The notes: generated by a model not told the origin, from the sequence alone. DNA of 64,000 nt from an uncultured delta proteobacterium (GCA_963737265.1 CAVTRY010000007.1:192001-256000); one strand, 5' to 3'; positions 42,051 to 52,600 are shown, counted from the first letter of the stretch. Made by a program: numbers and translations.

Positions 42051-42091
42051 CCGCCGTTAAAAGGGATGAATTTAATCTTTTTTAATTGCGG
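42051..42091. promoter_or_regulatory. AT-rich imperfect palindrome upstream of the activator operon
   Basis: ccgccgttaaaagggat-gaattta-atcttttttaattgcgg. Confidence 0.4.
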
Positions 42092-42165
42092 GCGTGTTTT
42101 CGCGCTCGTATCTTCACGCCTGCTCCCTCGTGCCGTACCGGCGAGGGCTGTCGGGAAGGCTGCCC

Positions 42166-45100
42166 ATGCACGACGATGCAACGTTTGCCCGAAACTCTTT
42201 TCTTCTTGGAGTCGACGTCGGCTCCACGACAGTCAAGGTCGTGGTGGTCGATCCGGTGTCGCGCGAAATCTTGTGGGCGGACTACCAACGCCACCAAACC
42301 CGCCAGGCCGAAAAGGTGCTGGAGCTGCTGGAGGCGAGCTGCGAGCGTTTCCCGAGTCTTGCCACGTCGCCCGAGGCTGTTCGCGTGTTCATCACGGGCT
42401 CGGGCGCATCGCCGTTGGTCGATCCGATCGGCGCGCGCTTCGTCCAAGAGGTCAACGCCGTCACGCTGGCGGTCGAGCGGCTGTATCCTGACGTGGGCTC
42501 GGTGGTCGAGCTCGGCGGTCAGGACGCCAAGATCATCATCTTCAAGGAAGGCAAGGACGAGAGCGGACGCAGCACGGGGAAGACCGCCATCGCGTCGATG
42601 AACGACAAGTGCGCGTCCGGCACGGGCGCCACCATCGATAAGTGTTTCATCAAAGTGGGAATGCCCGCGGCCGACGCTGGGCGCCTGCGCTTCAGCGATG
42701 GGAAACTGCATCACGTCGCCGCCAAGTGCGGTGTGTTCGCGGAGACCGACATCGTCAATCTGGTCAAAGCCTCCATTCCGGCCGAGGAGATCATGTGCTC
42801 GTTGGCCGACGCCATCGTGATGCAGAACCTGTCGGTGCTCACCCGCGGCAACACCCTTCGCCACAAGGTGCTGCTGCTCGGCGGCCCCAACGCCTACCTG
42901 CCCTTCTTGCAGGACTGTTGGCGCAAGCGCATTCCCGAAACCTGGGCCTCGCGCGGCTACGCGTATCCGCAAGACGTGCCCCTCGAAACGCTCATCTTCG
43001 TTCCGCCCAAGGCGGAATACTATGCCGCGTTCGGGGCGGTGATGTACGGCGCGCAAGAGCCCAGCCAGACGGGGACGTTCCACGGATTGGACGCTTTGCG
43101 ATCCTTCATCGCCTCGGGGCGAAAGGCCAAGCTTGGCGATGCGGCGGGTCCGCCGCTGGCGCGTTCGACCACGGAGCTGGAAGACTTTCGCACGCAATAC
43201 CGCATTCCCCGTTTCGAGCCGGCCAAGCTGACACCTGGAAGCGTGGCGCGCGTCGTGGTCGGCATGGACGGCGGCTCGACGTCGTCGAAAGCCGTCGTCA
43301 TCGACGAGCAGCGAAATATCCTGAAGAAGGAGTACCAGCTTTCCAAGGGCAATCCGATCCAGGATGCGAAGGAGATCCTTTCGCGCCTCAAAGCTTGGGC
43401 CGAGAGCCAGCAGGCGACCCTGGACGTCATCGGCTTCGGTGCCACCGGGTACGCGGCGGACGTGCTGGAAAAGACCGTGCGCGCCGATGCCAATCTGGTC
43501 GAAACCGTGGCGCACATGACGTCGGCAACGACCTACTTTGGCGACGTGGACGTGGTCTGCGATATCGGCGGGCAGGACATCAAGGTGCTGTTCCTGCAAA
43601 ACGGCGACATCAAGAACTTTCGTCTGTCGAACCAATGCTCGGCCGGCAACGGCATGCTTTTGCAGGCCATGGCCGATCAGTTTGGCGTACCCATCACGGA
43701 GTACGCGAATACGGCCTTTGCCGCCACCCTGTCGCCGCGCTTCAGCTACGGCTGCGCCGTCTTTCTCGACTCCGACCGGGTAAATTTTCAGAAAGAAGGC
43801 TACGCCAAGGAAGAGCTACTGGCCGGGCTCGCGCAAGTGTTGCCCAAGAACGTCTGGCAGTACGTCGTCCAGATCCCGCGCATGGCGGCGCTTGGGCGCA
43901 GATTCGTGTTACAGGGCGGAACCCAGTACAACCTGGCGGCCGTCAAAGCCCAAGTCGACTACATCAAAGAACGCGTGCCCGGCGCGGAGGTGCTGGTGCA
44001 TCCCCACTGCGGCGAAGCGGGTGCCATCGGCGCCGCCTTCGAGGCCTTGCGCGTGGTCAAGCGGCGCGGCCATTCCACCTTCGTCGGACTCGACGCCGCC
44101 ATCAACATGGCGTGGGAGGCGCGCAACGATGAAAGCACGCGCTGTCATTTCTGCGCCAACAACTGCGCCCGCACCTTCATCGACACGCATACGCCCGACG
44201 GCGGACAGGCGCGCTACATCAGCGGATTTTCCTGCGAAAAGGGAACCGTCGAATCGAAGGACGCGATGGTCGCCATCGCGACCGAGCGCAAGTCGGTCAT
44301 GAAGCGCTTTCCCAACCTGGTCGACTATGAAGCGCGCCTGCTGTTCAAGCACTTCTACGATCCGCGCCCGCTGCCCGAGGACGGCGCGCCGATGGAGGAC
44401 ATCGAGGTACAGAAGACGCTGCTCGGCGTGCGCCGCGTGCCCATCCAGCGCGGTTTTAGGCGATCGAGCACCGAAGCTCTCGATCGGCGGCGCAAGCTCC
44501 GCATAGGAATTCCGCGTGTGCTCAACATCTGGTCCACCGCGCCCTTCTGGCGGACCTATTTGGAAACGCTCGGGCTCCCGCGCGCCAATGTTGTCTTCTC
44601 CGACACCACGTCGGAGGAAATGTGGATCGAAGGCGGCAAGTACGGCTCGGTGGATCCGTGCTTCCCCGCCAAGGTTGGGCAAGCCCACGTGCACAACTTG
44701 CTCTTTCACCATCACAAACCCGAGCTGCCGCTTCACTACATCTTCAATCCCAGCCTTACCCACGTGCCTTCCTTCGTGAAAAACGCTCAAGACTATGCCT
44801 CGTGTCCCATCGTGGCCGGTTCGCCCAACGTGCTCAAGGCGGCCTTCACCAAGGAGATGGATTTCTTTGCCCAGCGAGGGATCCGCTATCTCGACTCGGC
44901 CTTCACCTTGATTGAGCCGCACCTTCTGCGCCGACAGCTGTTCGAGGCCTTCGGCGAGATTTTACAAATCACCGAGGACGAGTCGGATTTCGCCAGCCAA
45001 GAGGCGTTCGCGGCCATGCGCCGACTCGACGAGGAGATGGAAGCGAAGGGCAGGGCAATCCTCGACGAGGTCGAACGCGACAACCGGGTGGCGCTGCTGC

Positions 45101-45837
45101 TTCTCGGCCGCCCGTACCATCTCGACCCGGGGCTTAATCACGCTGTGCTGGAAGAATTTCAATTGCTGGGCTTTCCCGTGCTCAGCATCCGCTCGATTCC
45201 CAAGGACGAATCCTACCTCGGGCGATTCTTCGCCGAGGATCTGGCCAGCGGTCGCATCAAGAGCCCGCTCGAAATCAGCGACGTGTGGCCCGAGAACTAT
45301 TCGTCGAATTCGGCCATGAAGGTGTGGGCCGCGAAATTCGCCAGCCGCCATCCGCACGTTGTGATTCTGGATCTGTCCTCGTTCAAGTGCGGGCACGATG
45401 CGCCCACCTACGGAATCATCGACAGCATCATCTCGTCGGCGGGCACGCCCTACTCGGCATTGCACGATATCGACGCCAACAAGCCCGGCGGTTCGATCAA
45501 GATCCGCGTGAAGACCTACGCGCACAGCCTGGCCCTGCACCAGGATCGCCTGGCGGATCTGTCCCGGGCGAAGGCAGAGCTTGGCCACCGGATCGATTTG
45601 AAACGCCTCGAGCTTTTGCGCCGCAAGCAACACGAGCTGGGGGCGCGCGCCTTGGGCGACACGGGCATCGCCCGCCAGATTTCAGAATTGGTCGATCGAG
45701 TAAATCGTTACGAACGCGATAACAGCAACGATGCGGAGAGTGCCAAGGCGCTGGCCGCGAACGCCACGCGCGCCGACATGGGTCTGGTCCGCCTCGGCGT
45801 TCGTCGCGACCGGTCCGATACTATCTCGCACATTTGA
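42166..45837 (+). CDS. PlsA-like protein: two BadF/BadG/BcrA/BcrD ATPase activator domains plus a DUF2229-type reductase/dehydratase domain
   Basis: GVDVGSTTVK / ELGGQDAK / MNDKCASGTG; second GMDGGSTSSK / DIGGQDIK / NQCSAGNG; CHFCANNC; IGIPRVLN, CFPAK, GRPYHLDPGLNH, SFKCGHDA. Confidence 0.85.
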   Translation: MHDDATFARNSFLLGVDVGSTTVKVVVVDPVSREILWADYQRHQTRQAEKVLELLEASCERFPSLATSPEAVRVFITGSGASPLVDPIGARFVQEVNAVTLAVERLYPDVGSVVELGGQDAKIIIFKEGKDESGRSTGKTAIASMNDKCASGTGATIDKCFIKVGMPAADAGRLRFSDGKLHHVAAKCGVFAETDIVNLVKASIPAEEIMCSLADAIVMQNLSVLTRGNTLRHKVLLLGGPNAYLPFLQDCWRKRIPETWASRGYAYPQDVPLETLIFVPPKAEYYAAFGAVMYGAQEPSQTGTFHGLDALRSFIASGRKAKLGDAAGPPLARSTTELEDFRTQYRIPRFEPAKLTPGSVARVVVGMDGGSTSSKAVVIDEQRNILKKEYQLSKGNPIQDAKEILSRLKAWAESQQATLDVIGFGATGYAADVLEKTVRADANLVETVAHMTSATTYFGDVDVVCDIGGQDIKVLFLQNGDIKNFRLSNQCSAGNGMLLQAMADQFGVPITEYANTAFAATLSPRFSYGCAVFLDSDRVNFQKEGYAKEELLAGLAQVLPKNVWQYVVQIPRMAALGRRFVLQGGTQYNLAAVKAQVDYIKERVPGAEVLVHPHCGEAGAIGAAFEALRVVKRRGHSTFVGLDAAINMAWEARNDESTRCHFCANNCARTFIDTHTPDGGQARYISGFSCEKGTVESKDAMVAIATERKSVMKRFPNLVDYEARLLFKHFYDPRPLPEDGAPMEDIEVQKTLLGVRRVPIQRGFRRSSTEALDRRRKLRIGIPRVLNIWSTAPFWRTYLETLGLPRANVVFSDTTSEEMWIEGGKYGSVDPCFPAKVGQAHVHNLLFHHHKPELPLHYIFNPSLTHVPSFVKNAQDYASCPIVAGSPNVLKAAFTKEMDFFAQRGIRYLDSAFTLIEPHLLRRQLFEAFGEILQITEDESDFASQEAFAAMRRLDEEMEAKGRAILDEVERDNRVALLLLGRPYHLDPGLNHAVLEEFQLLGFPVLSIRSIPKDESYLGRFFAEDLASGRIKSPLEISDVWPENYSSNSAMKVWAAKFASRHPHVVILDLSSFKCGHDAPTYGIIDSIISSAGTPYSALHDIDANKPGGSIKIRVKTYAHSLALHQDRLADLSRAKAELGHRIDLKRLELLRRKQHELGARALGDTGIARQISELVDRVNRYERDNSNDAESAKALAANATRADMGLVRLGVRRDRSDTISHI

Positions 45838-45855
45838 TCGGGAAGGAGCAGCGTC

Positions 45856-48800
45856 ATGATCGGGAACGGGACCGAATCCGCGCAGCAGGCAAGGCGAAGC
45901 TTGCCGGTCATCAACGAACCGGCCTTCGACAGCAAAAGCGAGCTGACCGATGTGGAGAAGGAGCTGGCCGAGTTCGAACGCGAAGAGCACAAACGCCTGG
46001 GAATTCCGGCCCTCGATCGCCATTGGCGCGACGCCATGGTCAATCCGCAATTCAGCAAGAGCGAGCGGCCGAATACGACCTTGCTGGTTTCCGGATTGAC
46101 CGCCGCGCACGACCACCTGGTCAAGGCGGTGCTGAGCGGGCTTGGTTACAACGTTGAAGTCATCGATGTCCCCGACAACGAATCGCTTCGCTACGGCAAG
46201 GAATTCGGCAATCGCGGACAGTGCAACCCCACCTATTTTACCGTCGGCAACCTGGTCAAGTTCCTGACCGAACGCTGTCGCGACGAAGGTATAGAGCCCG
46301 CCCAAGCGGTGCAGCGTTACGTCTTTCTCACCGCCGGTGCATGCGGCCCGTGTCGCTTCGGCATGTACGCGACTGAATATCGCAAGGCCCTGCGCGATGC
46401 TGGCTTCGACGGCTTCCGGGTCATGCTGTTCCAGCAGCAGGGCGGCCTGGCGCAGGCAACGGGACAGGAAGCGGGCCTGGAATTCACGCCGAAATTCTTC
46501 ATTGGACTGCTCAAGGCGCTAATGGCGGGCGACGTGCTCAATGGCCTCGGCTACCGCATGCGCCCGTTCGAGGTGGAGCCGGGAAGCACGGATCAGGCAC
46601 TGGCGCGCGCCAAGGAACATGTGCAGACAGCGCTCGCTAATCGGAGCTCGCTGCTTCTGGCGCTGTTGCGCGCGCGCAAGGAAATGGCCACGGTGAAATG
46701 CGATTTCACGCGGCCCGCGCCGCGCGTTTCGATCATCGGCGAATTCTGGGCCATGACCACCGAGGGCGATGGCAATTACCGGCTGCAGCGATTCCTCGAA
46801 CAAGAAGGCGCCGAGTGCGACGTGCAGCTCGTCACCAACTGGATTCTCTACAGCGTGTGGGAAGCGCGCTACGACGCGCGCACGCGCGCCAATCTGCGCG
46901 GCAAGGACAACGCCACATCGAGCTTGAAGGGGCCCGAGTCGCGCGTGGGCTTGCACCGGGCCACTCTGTTTCTCGCGGATCGTGTGCTGCGCATGGCATT
47001 TCAGTCCTTCGCGACACTCGGCGGATTCCGCGGCTACAAGCTGCCCAACATGGACGAGATCGCCTCCGTCGCGCACCAGCACTACGACAACCGGCTGCGC
47101 GGCGGCGAAGGGCACATGGAGGTGGGAAAATTCATTCTCAACGTGCTCCACAACAAATCGCACATGACCCTGTCGGTGAAACCGTTCGGTTGCATGCCGT
47201 CGTCGGGTGTCTCGGACGGCGTGCAAAGCCTCCTCACCGCCAAGTTCCCGCAAAGCCTGTTTTGCGCCATCGAGACCTCGGGCGACGGCAAGGTCAACGT
47301 GCAGAGCCGCGTGCAGATGTCCGTGTTCAAGGCGCGCCAGAAGGCGCAGGTGGAATACCAGGAGGCGCTCGACCGCTTCGGAATCACGCGCGAGCGCCTG
47401 CAAGAATTCTTTGCGGCCCATCCGCGCTACGCGAGCCCGTTGCGCCGCTCCCCGCACGCGGGCGCTGGCACGGCCGCGGATCGCTTGGCCGAGGTCGCGC
47501 CGCTCATCGGAAAATCGCCGCTGGCGGTGCGGACGATCGAGGCGCGACGGCATGCCGAGGCCGCCGTGCGATCGGCGCGCGGCGTGGTCAGCCAGGCGCT
47601 GCGCACGGCCGAGCGGCTGCGCGCGCAGCCGTGGCCAATCCTCGAACGTTTGGAGCGTGTCAAGGCTGCGTGGCGAACGCCGGTGGCGACGCCTGCGCCG
47701 TCTGCCGACACCGTGGCGAATCATCAAGACGCCAAGCCTGTGATGGCGCCCCTTCGCTCGGCGAAGCTCGCCGTAGTGCCAGCGACCGCGCGCGACGTGC
47801 CGGCGCCGGTGCAGCAGCCAGCCAAGGCGCCACCAGTCGCCAAAGCGCCGCCTCTTCCCGTCAGCGAGCCGTCGTCCGATCCCGCCAGCGCGCTCAGCGT
47901 GGCCCGCGGCGTGGGCAACGCGGCCAAGGATTTCCATTGGCTCAAGGAAAACATACCTTGTCAGTCCGCTTGTCCGGCCCACACCGACGTTCCCGCGTAC
48001 ATGAAGGCCATCTCCGCCGGCCGCTTCGACGAGGCCTACGAAATCAATCTGCGCGACAACGTCTTTCCGGCGGTGCTCGGTCGGGTTTGCTCGCGGCCCT
48101 GCGAAGCTGCCTGCCGCCACGGCTGGAAAGGCCTCGGCGAGCCGGTGGCTATCTGCTGGAGCAAGCGCGCATCTTCCGATCTTCGCAAGGGCAAGCCGAC
48201 GGTCTTGCCACAGCTTGCTCCTCCGACGGGAAAACGCGTGGTCATCGTGGGCGCGGGCGCCGCTGGGCTCGCGGCGGCGCGCACGCTGGCGCTGCTCGGC
48301 CACGGCGTCGTCGTGCTCGAACAGCACGCGCGTCCCGGCGGCATGATGGTGCAAGACATCCCGGAATTCCGCCTGCCGCGCGACGTGGTGGAGCTCGAGA
48401 TCGAGCAGATTCGCCTGACCGGCGTCGAAATTCGTTGTGGCGTTGCCTTGGGCCGCGAGGTGACGATGGCCGAGCTCGAGGCCGAGTACGACGCCGTGAT
48501 TCTGGCCGCCGGCACTCTTCGCCCCAACACCCTCGATCTGCCTGGCAAGGAATTGCGTGGCATCGAGCACGGTCTGGATTTTCTGCTCAAGGTGAATGAA
48601 GGTGAGGCGAGCGGCGAGAAAGTCGCCTTGGGCGAGCACGTGCTCGTCATTGGCGGCGGGTTCACCGCAATGGATTGCGCCCGCACGGCGGCGCGCCTGG
48701 GCGCGAACACCGTGCAGCTCACGCCTGCGCCCGGCGGCCGCGATCAAATCCCTGCGCTCAAGCTGGCCGCGGAAACCGTGCGCGTGCTCTACCGCCGGTC

Positions 48801-49713
48801 CAAGGAAGAAATGCTCATCACCCCGGGCGAGATCGAAGACCTGCAACACGAAGGCATGGATCTGGAAATCATGGTGGCGCCAGTGGCCTACCTTGGCGAC
48901 GAAAACGGCGAAGTACGCGGCATGCGTTTCGTGCGCACGCAAATGGGACCGACCGACGCCTCGGGACGACGGCGCCCCGAACCCATCCCCGGCACCGAAT
49001 TCGAGCTGCCAGCGACCACCGTGCTGCTCGCGACCGGACAATTCCCCGACGGAACCATTGTCGGCAGCGACGGTCAGGGGCTGGTCACGCCGGACGGCTG
49101 GCTTGCCACCGGCTCCGCGCATCGAACTACGCGACCCAAGATCTTCGCTGCGGGCGACTTTGCCACCGGGGCGAGATCGCTCATCGAAGCCATCGCCCAC
49201 GCCAAGGAATGCGCCTTGGTGGTGGACGAAAATCTCGTAGGCAAGCGCCGCATGCAAGAGCTGGCGATTGTGGAAGACGCGCGCGAAACCGGACGCACGC
49301 GCGCGATGGACGAGGTGCCACGGCGAAAGATGCGGCTGCTGCCGGTGCTCGATCGCACCCTGAGCGCCGAGGTGGAGCAGGGCTTCGATCGCGAGCGCGC
49401 GACTGAGGAAACCCTGCGCTGCTACCTGTGCCACCACAAGATGGAGATCGATCCCGCCGTGTGCACCAATTGCGACCTGTGCCTCAACGTAAAGGCGCGC
49501 GCCGATTGCATCATCAAGGTCAGCTCATTCCAGTACGACGAAGCCGGTCGCATCAAGGGATTCGAGCGTGCCACCGCCGAAGACGATCATCCGCGCATCT
49601 GGATCAACCAGAACGAATGCATCCGCTGCGGTGCCTGCATCGACGTTTGCCCCGACGACGCCATCAGCTTGCAAAAGGTCAGCCTGCGAACCGTGATGAC
49701 GGCCAAAGCGTAG
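45856..49713 (+). CDS. Fusion of a PlsR/2-hydroxyacyl-CoA-dehydratase-like domain, a GltD/NfnL-like NAD(P)H flavo-Fe-S oxidoreductase and a ferredoxin domain
   Basis: N-half GQCNPTYFTVGNL, GACGPCRFGMY, GGEGHMEV, KPFGCMPS; Pro/Ala linker; C-half PCQSACPAH, GRVCSRPCEAACR, GAGAAG, GGGFTAMDCAR, YRRS, FAAGD, CTNCDLC, CIRCGACIDVCP. Confidence 0.85.
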   Translation: MIGNGTESAQQARRSLPVINEPAFDSKSELTDVEKELAEFEREEHKRLGIPALDRHWRDAMVNPQFSKSERPNTTLLVSGLTAAHDHLVKAVLSGLGYNVEVIDVPDNESLRYGKEFGNRGQCNPTYFTVGNLVKFLTERCRDEGIEPAQAVQRYVFLTAGACGPCRFGMYATEYRKALRDAGFDGFRVMLFQQQGGLAQATGQEAGLEFTPKFFIGLLKALMAGDVLNGLGYRMRPFEVEPGSTDQALARAKEHVQTALANRSSLLLALLRARKEMATVKCDFTRPAPRVSIIGEFWAMTTEGDGNYRLQRFLEQEGAECDVQLVTNWILYSVWEARYDARTRANLRGKDNATSSLKGPESRVGLHRATLFLADRVLRMAFQSFATLGGFRGYKLPNMDEIASVAHQHYDNRLRGGEGHMEVGKFILNVLHNKSHMTLSVKPFGCMPSSGVSDGVQSLLTAKFPQSLFCAIETSGDGKVNVQSRVQMSVFKARQKAQVEYQEALDRFGITRERLQEFFAAHPRYASPLRRSPHAGAGTAADRLAEVAPLIGKSPLAVRTIEARRHAEAAVRSARGVVSQALRTAERLRAQPWPILERLERVKAAWRTPVATPAPSADTVANHQDAKPVMAPLRSAKLAVVPATARDVPAPVQQPAKAPPVAKAPPLPVSEPSSDPASALSVARGVGNAAKDFHWLKENIPCQSACPAHTDVPAYMKAISAGRFDEAYEINLRDNVFPAVLGRVCSRPCEAACRHGWKGLGEPVAICWSKRASSDLRKGKPTVLPQLAPPTGKRVVIVGAGAAGLAAARTLALLGHGVVVLEQHARPGGMMVQDIPEFRLPRDVVELEIEQIRLTGVEIRCGVALGREVTMAELEAEYDAVILAAGTLRPNTLDLPGKELRGIEHGLDFLLKVNEGEASGEKVALGEHVLVIGGGFTAMDCARTAARLGANTVQLTPAPGGRDQIPALKLAAETVRVLYRRSKEEMLITPGEIEDLQHEGMDLEIMVAPVAYLGDENGEVRGMRFVRTQMGPTDASGRRRPEPIPGTEFELPATTVLLATGQFPDGTIVGSDGQGLVTPDGWLATGSAHRTTRPKIFAAGDFATGARSLIEAIAHAKECALVVDENLVGKRRMQELAIVEDARETGRTRAMDEVPRRKMRLLPVLDRTLSAEVEQGFDRERATEETLRCYLCHHKMEIDPAVCTNCDLCLNVKARADCIIKVSSFQYDEAGRIKGFERATAEDDHPRIWINQNECIRCGACIDVCPDDAISLQKVSLRTVMTAKA

Positions 49714-50053
49714 GGGCCACGACTGGACCTGAACGCACCACGGCGTTCGCAACAAGCCAGAACAAGAGGAGCTATATCGCCGAAGCCGATCCGCGCCGCC
49801 GCGCTGGCCAAGGCCATGACCGACGAGCAGCGCGCGTGTCTGAAGTCGCTCCCATTGGCAACGGCCCCGCGCCCATTCGTTCGCCACCCATCATAGCAAG
49901 CACAACGAAGCGGACGAAATCCTGCTTACGAAGCGGCCTCGCAATCGCCGCGTCGAGGCGCCGTCCGCCAACAGGGTGAAATCACGCGACTTCGCCGCCC
50001 GGGACGGCCGGCAAAGCCCACCACCCGCTGCTGCGATAATGTTATTCTTCGCA

Positions 50054-50072
50054 GGCTAATAGAGCGTTGGGC
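50054..50072 (+). other. attI-like integron recombination site
   Basis: GGCTAAT-agagc-GTTGGGC: degenerate L box, 5-bp spacer and GTTRRRY core, same geometry as attI1, oriented like the downstream attC sites. Confidence 0.5.
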
Positions 50073-50093
50073 GGACGAACATCATTCTGGAAT

Positions 50094-51813
50094 GGGTGCA
50101 GATCTTGCAGACGACAATGAATTGCGGCCGAAATGCACAGCTTTGTAGACAAAAGGGGGCTCTACAAGGCACCTATGGGTTGTCAACAACCATAGATAGC
50201 CAGGAGGCCCCCAATGCAGATACAAGCACAGTCGACCGCCGCCGAGAAGCCCTTTGCTGATAGCCAGCGCTACTTTCAGCAATTCGTCCACCGCCTGTCA
50301 TCGGCGGACACCATGCGCATGACCCATGGCGAGCTGGAGCGATACATGGAGCGAGACGGCTTTGAGTTGCTGCGTGTCCTCTTTCAAGACCACCTGGATC
50401 TGCGAGGACCAGGCGAGGCACAGAGCGACGTGGTGGGCAGCGATGGCGTACGGCGGCCCCATGCGCGGATGCTCGAACGGAAGCTCAAGATTGTTTTCGG
50501 GACCGTTGAGGCCGGACGCATGGGCTACTCGGCGCACGACGCAGAGACGCTCTTTCCCCGCGATGCCGAGCTGAATCTGCCGCCGAATCTGTATTCCATG
50601 GGGTTGAGCGCCGCGTAGCCAATGAGGTCATCAAGGGATCGTTCGACTCGGCGGTAGAGTCCGTGGCCGTAACGACCGGGACGACCGTGCCCAAGCGCCA
50701 GGCGGAAGAGACGGCGGCGCGGGCGGCTGCGGACTTCGATGCTTTCTACGCAAACCGCAGTGCGGACTCGACACGCGCGGCCGCCAAGACCGGCGAGATA
50801 CTAGTGCTGACGACGGACGCCAAGGGCATCGTGATGCGGACCGAAAGCCTGCGTGAGGGAACGCGAGCGGCAGCGGAGAACAGCCAACACAAGCTCGCAA
50901 AGCACCTGAGTCCTGGCGAGAAGCGGAATCGCAAGCGGATGGCGCAAGTAGCAGCCGTGTATACGATCAACCCCTTCGTGCGCCGGCCGGAGGACGTTGT
51001 CAGGGAGATGCGGCCGAAAGCCGGCGATGCGCCGGCGCCGACTCGGCCCCGACCTGAAAACAAGCGAGTCTGGGCCAGCGTGGACAAGTCCGCCGACGAG
51101 GTGGTCGGTGCCATGTTCGCGGAAGCGCAACTTCGAGATCCCTCTGGCACCAAACAGTGGGCAGCACTGGTAGACGGGAACCCGACGCAACTCAAGCTCA
51201 TCAAGCAAAACGCCAAGCGCCTTGGCGTAGCCGTAACCATCGTGGTCGACATCATCCATGTACTGGGCTACATGTGGTCGGCCTCTCTGGCGATCAACGG
51301 CGAAGGTAGCGCCGCAGCTGAGCAGTGGGTAACCAAGCGACTTCTGGCGCTGCTGCGGGGCGAGTCAAGCAGCGTCGCTGCTGGAATGCGCCGCAGCGCC
51401 ACGCTTCGCGAAATGACCACCAAGGACCGCGCAGTCGTCGACACCTGCGCCGACTACTTGCTCAAGTACCGTGCGTACCTGCACTACGACCGCTATCTCG
51501 CCGACGGCGTGCCCATCTCAACTGGAGTCATCGAAGGCGCCTGTCGCCACTTAATCAAGGACCGAATGGACATCACCGGCGCTCGTTGGGGCCTCGCGGG
51601 TGCGGAGGCCGTCTTGAAGTTGCGCTCATTGCGCTCCAGCGGCGATCTCGATGAATACTGGGCTTTCCACGAGAGAGCCGACTATGTCCGCAACCATGCC
51701 GACCGATACAAGGCCGCGCCGCCCGCCACCATCCTGCCGTTGAACCTCACTCGCCGAGGCCACCTGCACGCAGTCAATTAGCCATCAAACCGTCGCCGAA
51801 AGGAACTGCACCC
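50094..51813 (+). mobile_element. ISKra4-family insertion sequence
   Basis: TIRs gggtgcagatctt (50094) and aaggaactgcaccc (ends 51813); no flanking direct repeat seen. Confidence 0.85.
50214..51781 (+). pseudogene. ISKra4 transposase, frameshifted near 50608
   Basis: PRDAELNLP then RRVANEVIKGSFD, DAKGIVMR, VDGN, VDIIHVLGYMW, ISTGVIEGACRHLIKDRMDITGARW. Confidence 0.85.
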
Positions 51814-52090
51814 TTCGACGATACGGCCTTGGGTGGTACCCGTCCGTGCGCAGTTCCTCGGCGAGCTTCGCGAGAAACTCTCCTCGGCCCTGCGCCTCAA
51901 TCATCTCGAACGTCTCGTCGTCGGACCCAGGGGCTCCGCCATTGCGCTTGGCCTCCAGGTACGCCGCTTCGAGCGTATCGAGTTTCATGATGTGGACGTG
52001 CAGTCCCCCAAAGCGATGCGCAGGGGCGGACTTCGCCCGTTGGCCTATCTTCGCTCGAAGTTCTTGCAAACTGATGGTGGGCTTTGTCAT
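51814..52090 (-). pseudogene. Group II intron reverse transcriptase/maturase, N-terminal fragment
   Basis: MTKPTISLQELRAKI...HRFGGLHVH...AYLEAKRNGGAPGSD...LRTDGYHPRPYRRR (RT0 region), cut at the IS end. Confidence 0.85.
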
Positions 52091-52600
52091 CCCGCTCTTG
52101 CCTCGCTTCTCTGCTTCGATTGCCTCCGGCAGGGCCCCTTTGCTCCGCGGGCGTTACCCCGCTTCCTCGCTCGTACGGACCCATCCGTCAGGCTCTCGCC
52201 TTCACCGCACTTCGCCTTCCGGCTCGCGCGACTACCTTGCTTCCGTGGGTTTTCTCCACGGGGCGAGGAGCCCTTCCCTGTTTTCTCCCATGACCTTGAG
52301 CGCGTGCTGCCGTCCTTTACCCCGCCGGGCGGTGCCTCCGCAGATCGCGTTTGGAGTCACCTGCTGCCTTCGCCCCTGCTTGGCCAGCTCGGCACCCGGG
52401 GTTTCTTCATCTCGGGGCCTTGTCCAGACGTTCACTCGTCGTTGCGGCCCGCGCCCTTGCTCACCCCGCCATGCGGGGCTTTGTCGGTAGGCTTCGCCGC
52501 CAGGATTTCCCTTCTCGGCGCCACCCAAGCTATGCGGTTTCGATCTTCTACCGCTTCGGGACTTTCACCTTATGGTTTCATGGGTACCTCCAGGCATCAC
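51814..52600 (-). mobile_element. 5' part of a group II intron (ribozyme 5' domains plus RT N-terminus), truncated at the IS
   Basis: Begins GTGATGCCTGGAGGTACC at 52600; structured RNA-like sequence (ggtgaaagtccc, gggaaatcc, gggtaacgccc) then an RT ORF. Confidence 0.8.

Noticed and set aside
46519-49437. 972-aa minus-strand ORF and similar long ORFs (26948-28573, 42082-43635, 58860-60563)
   Set aside because: Antisense shadows of well-supported high-GC genes; no recognisable motifs.
47930-49713. Glutamate synthase small subunit as a separate gene
   Set aside because: No gltB large subunit nearby, no evident separate SD and start, extra ferredoxin domain, and in frame with the upstream reductase domain.
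49714-50050. Integron integrase next to the attI-like site
   Set aside because: No tyrosine-recombinase motifs seen; only short degenerate fragments.
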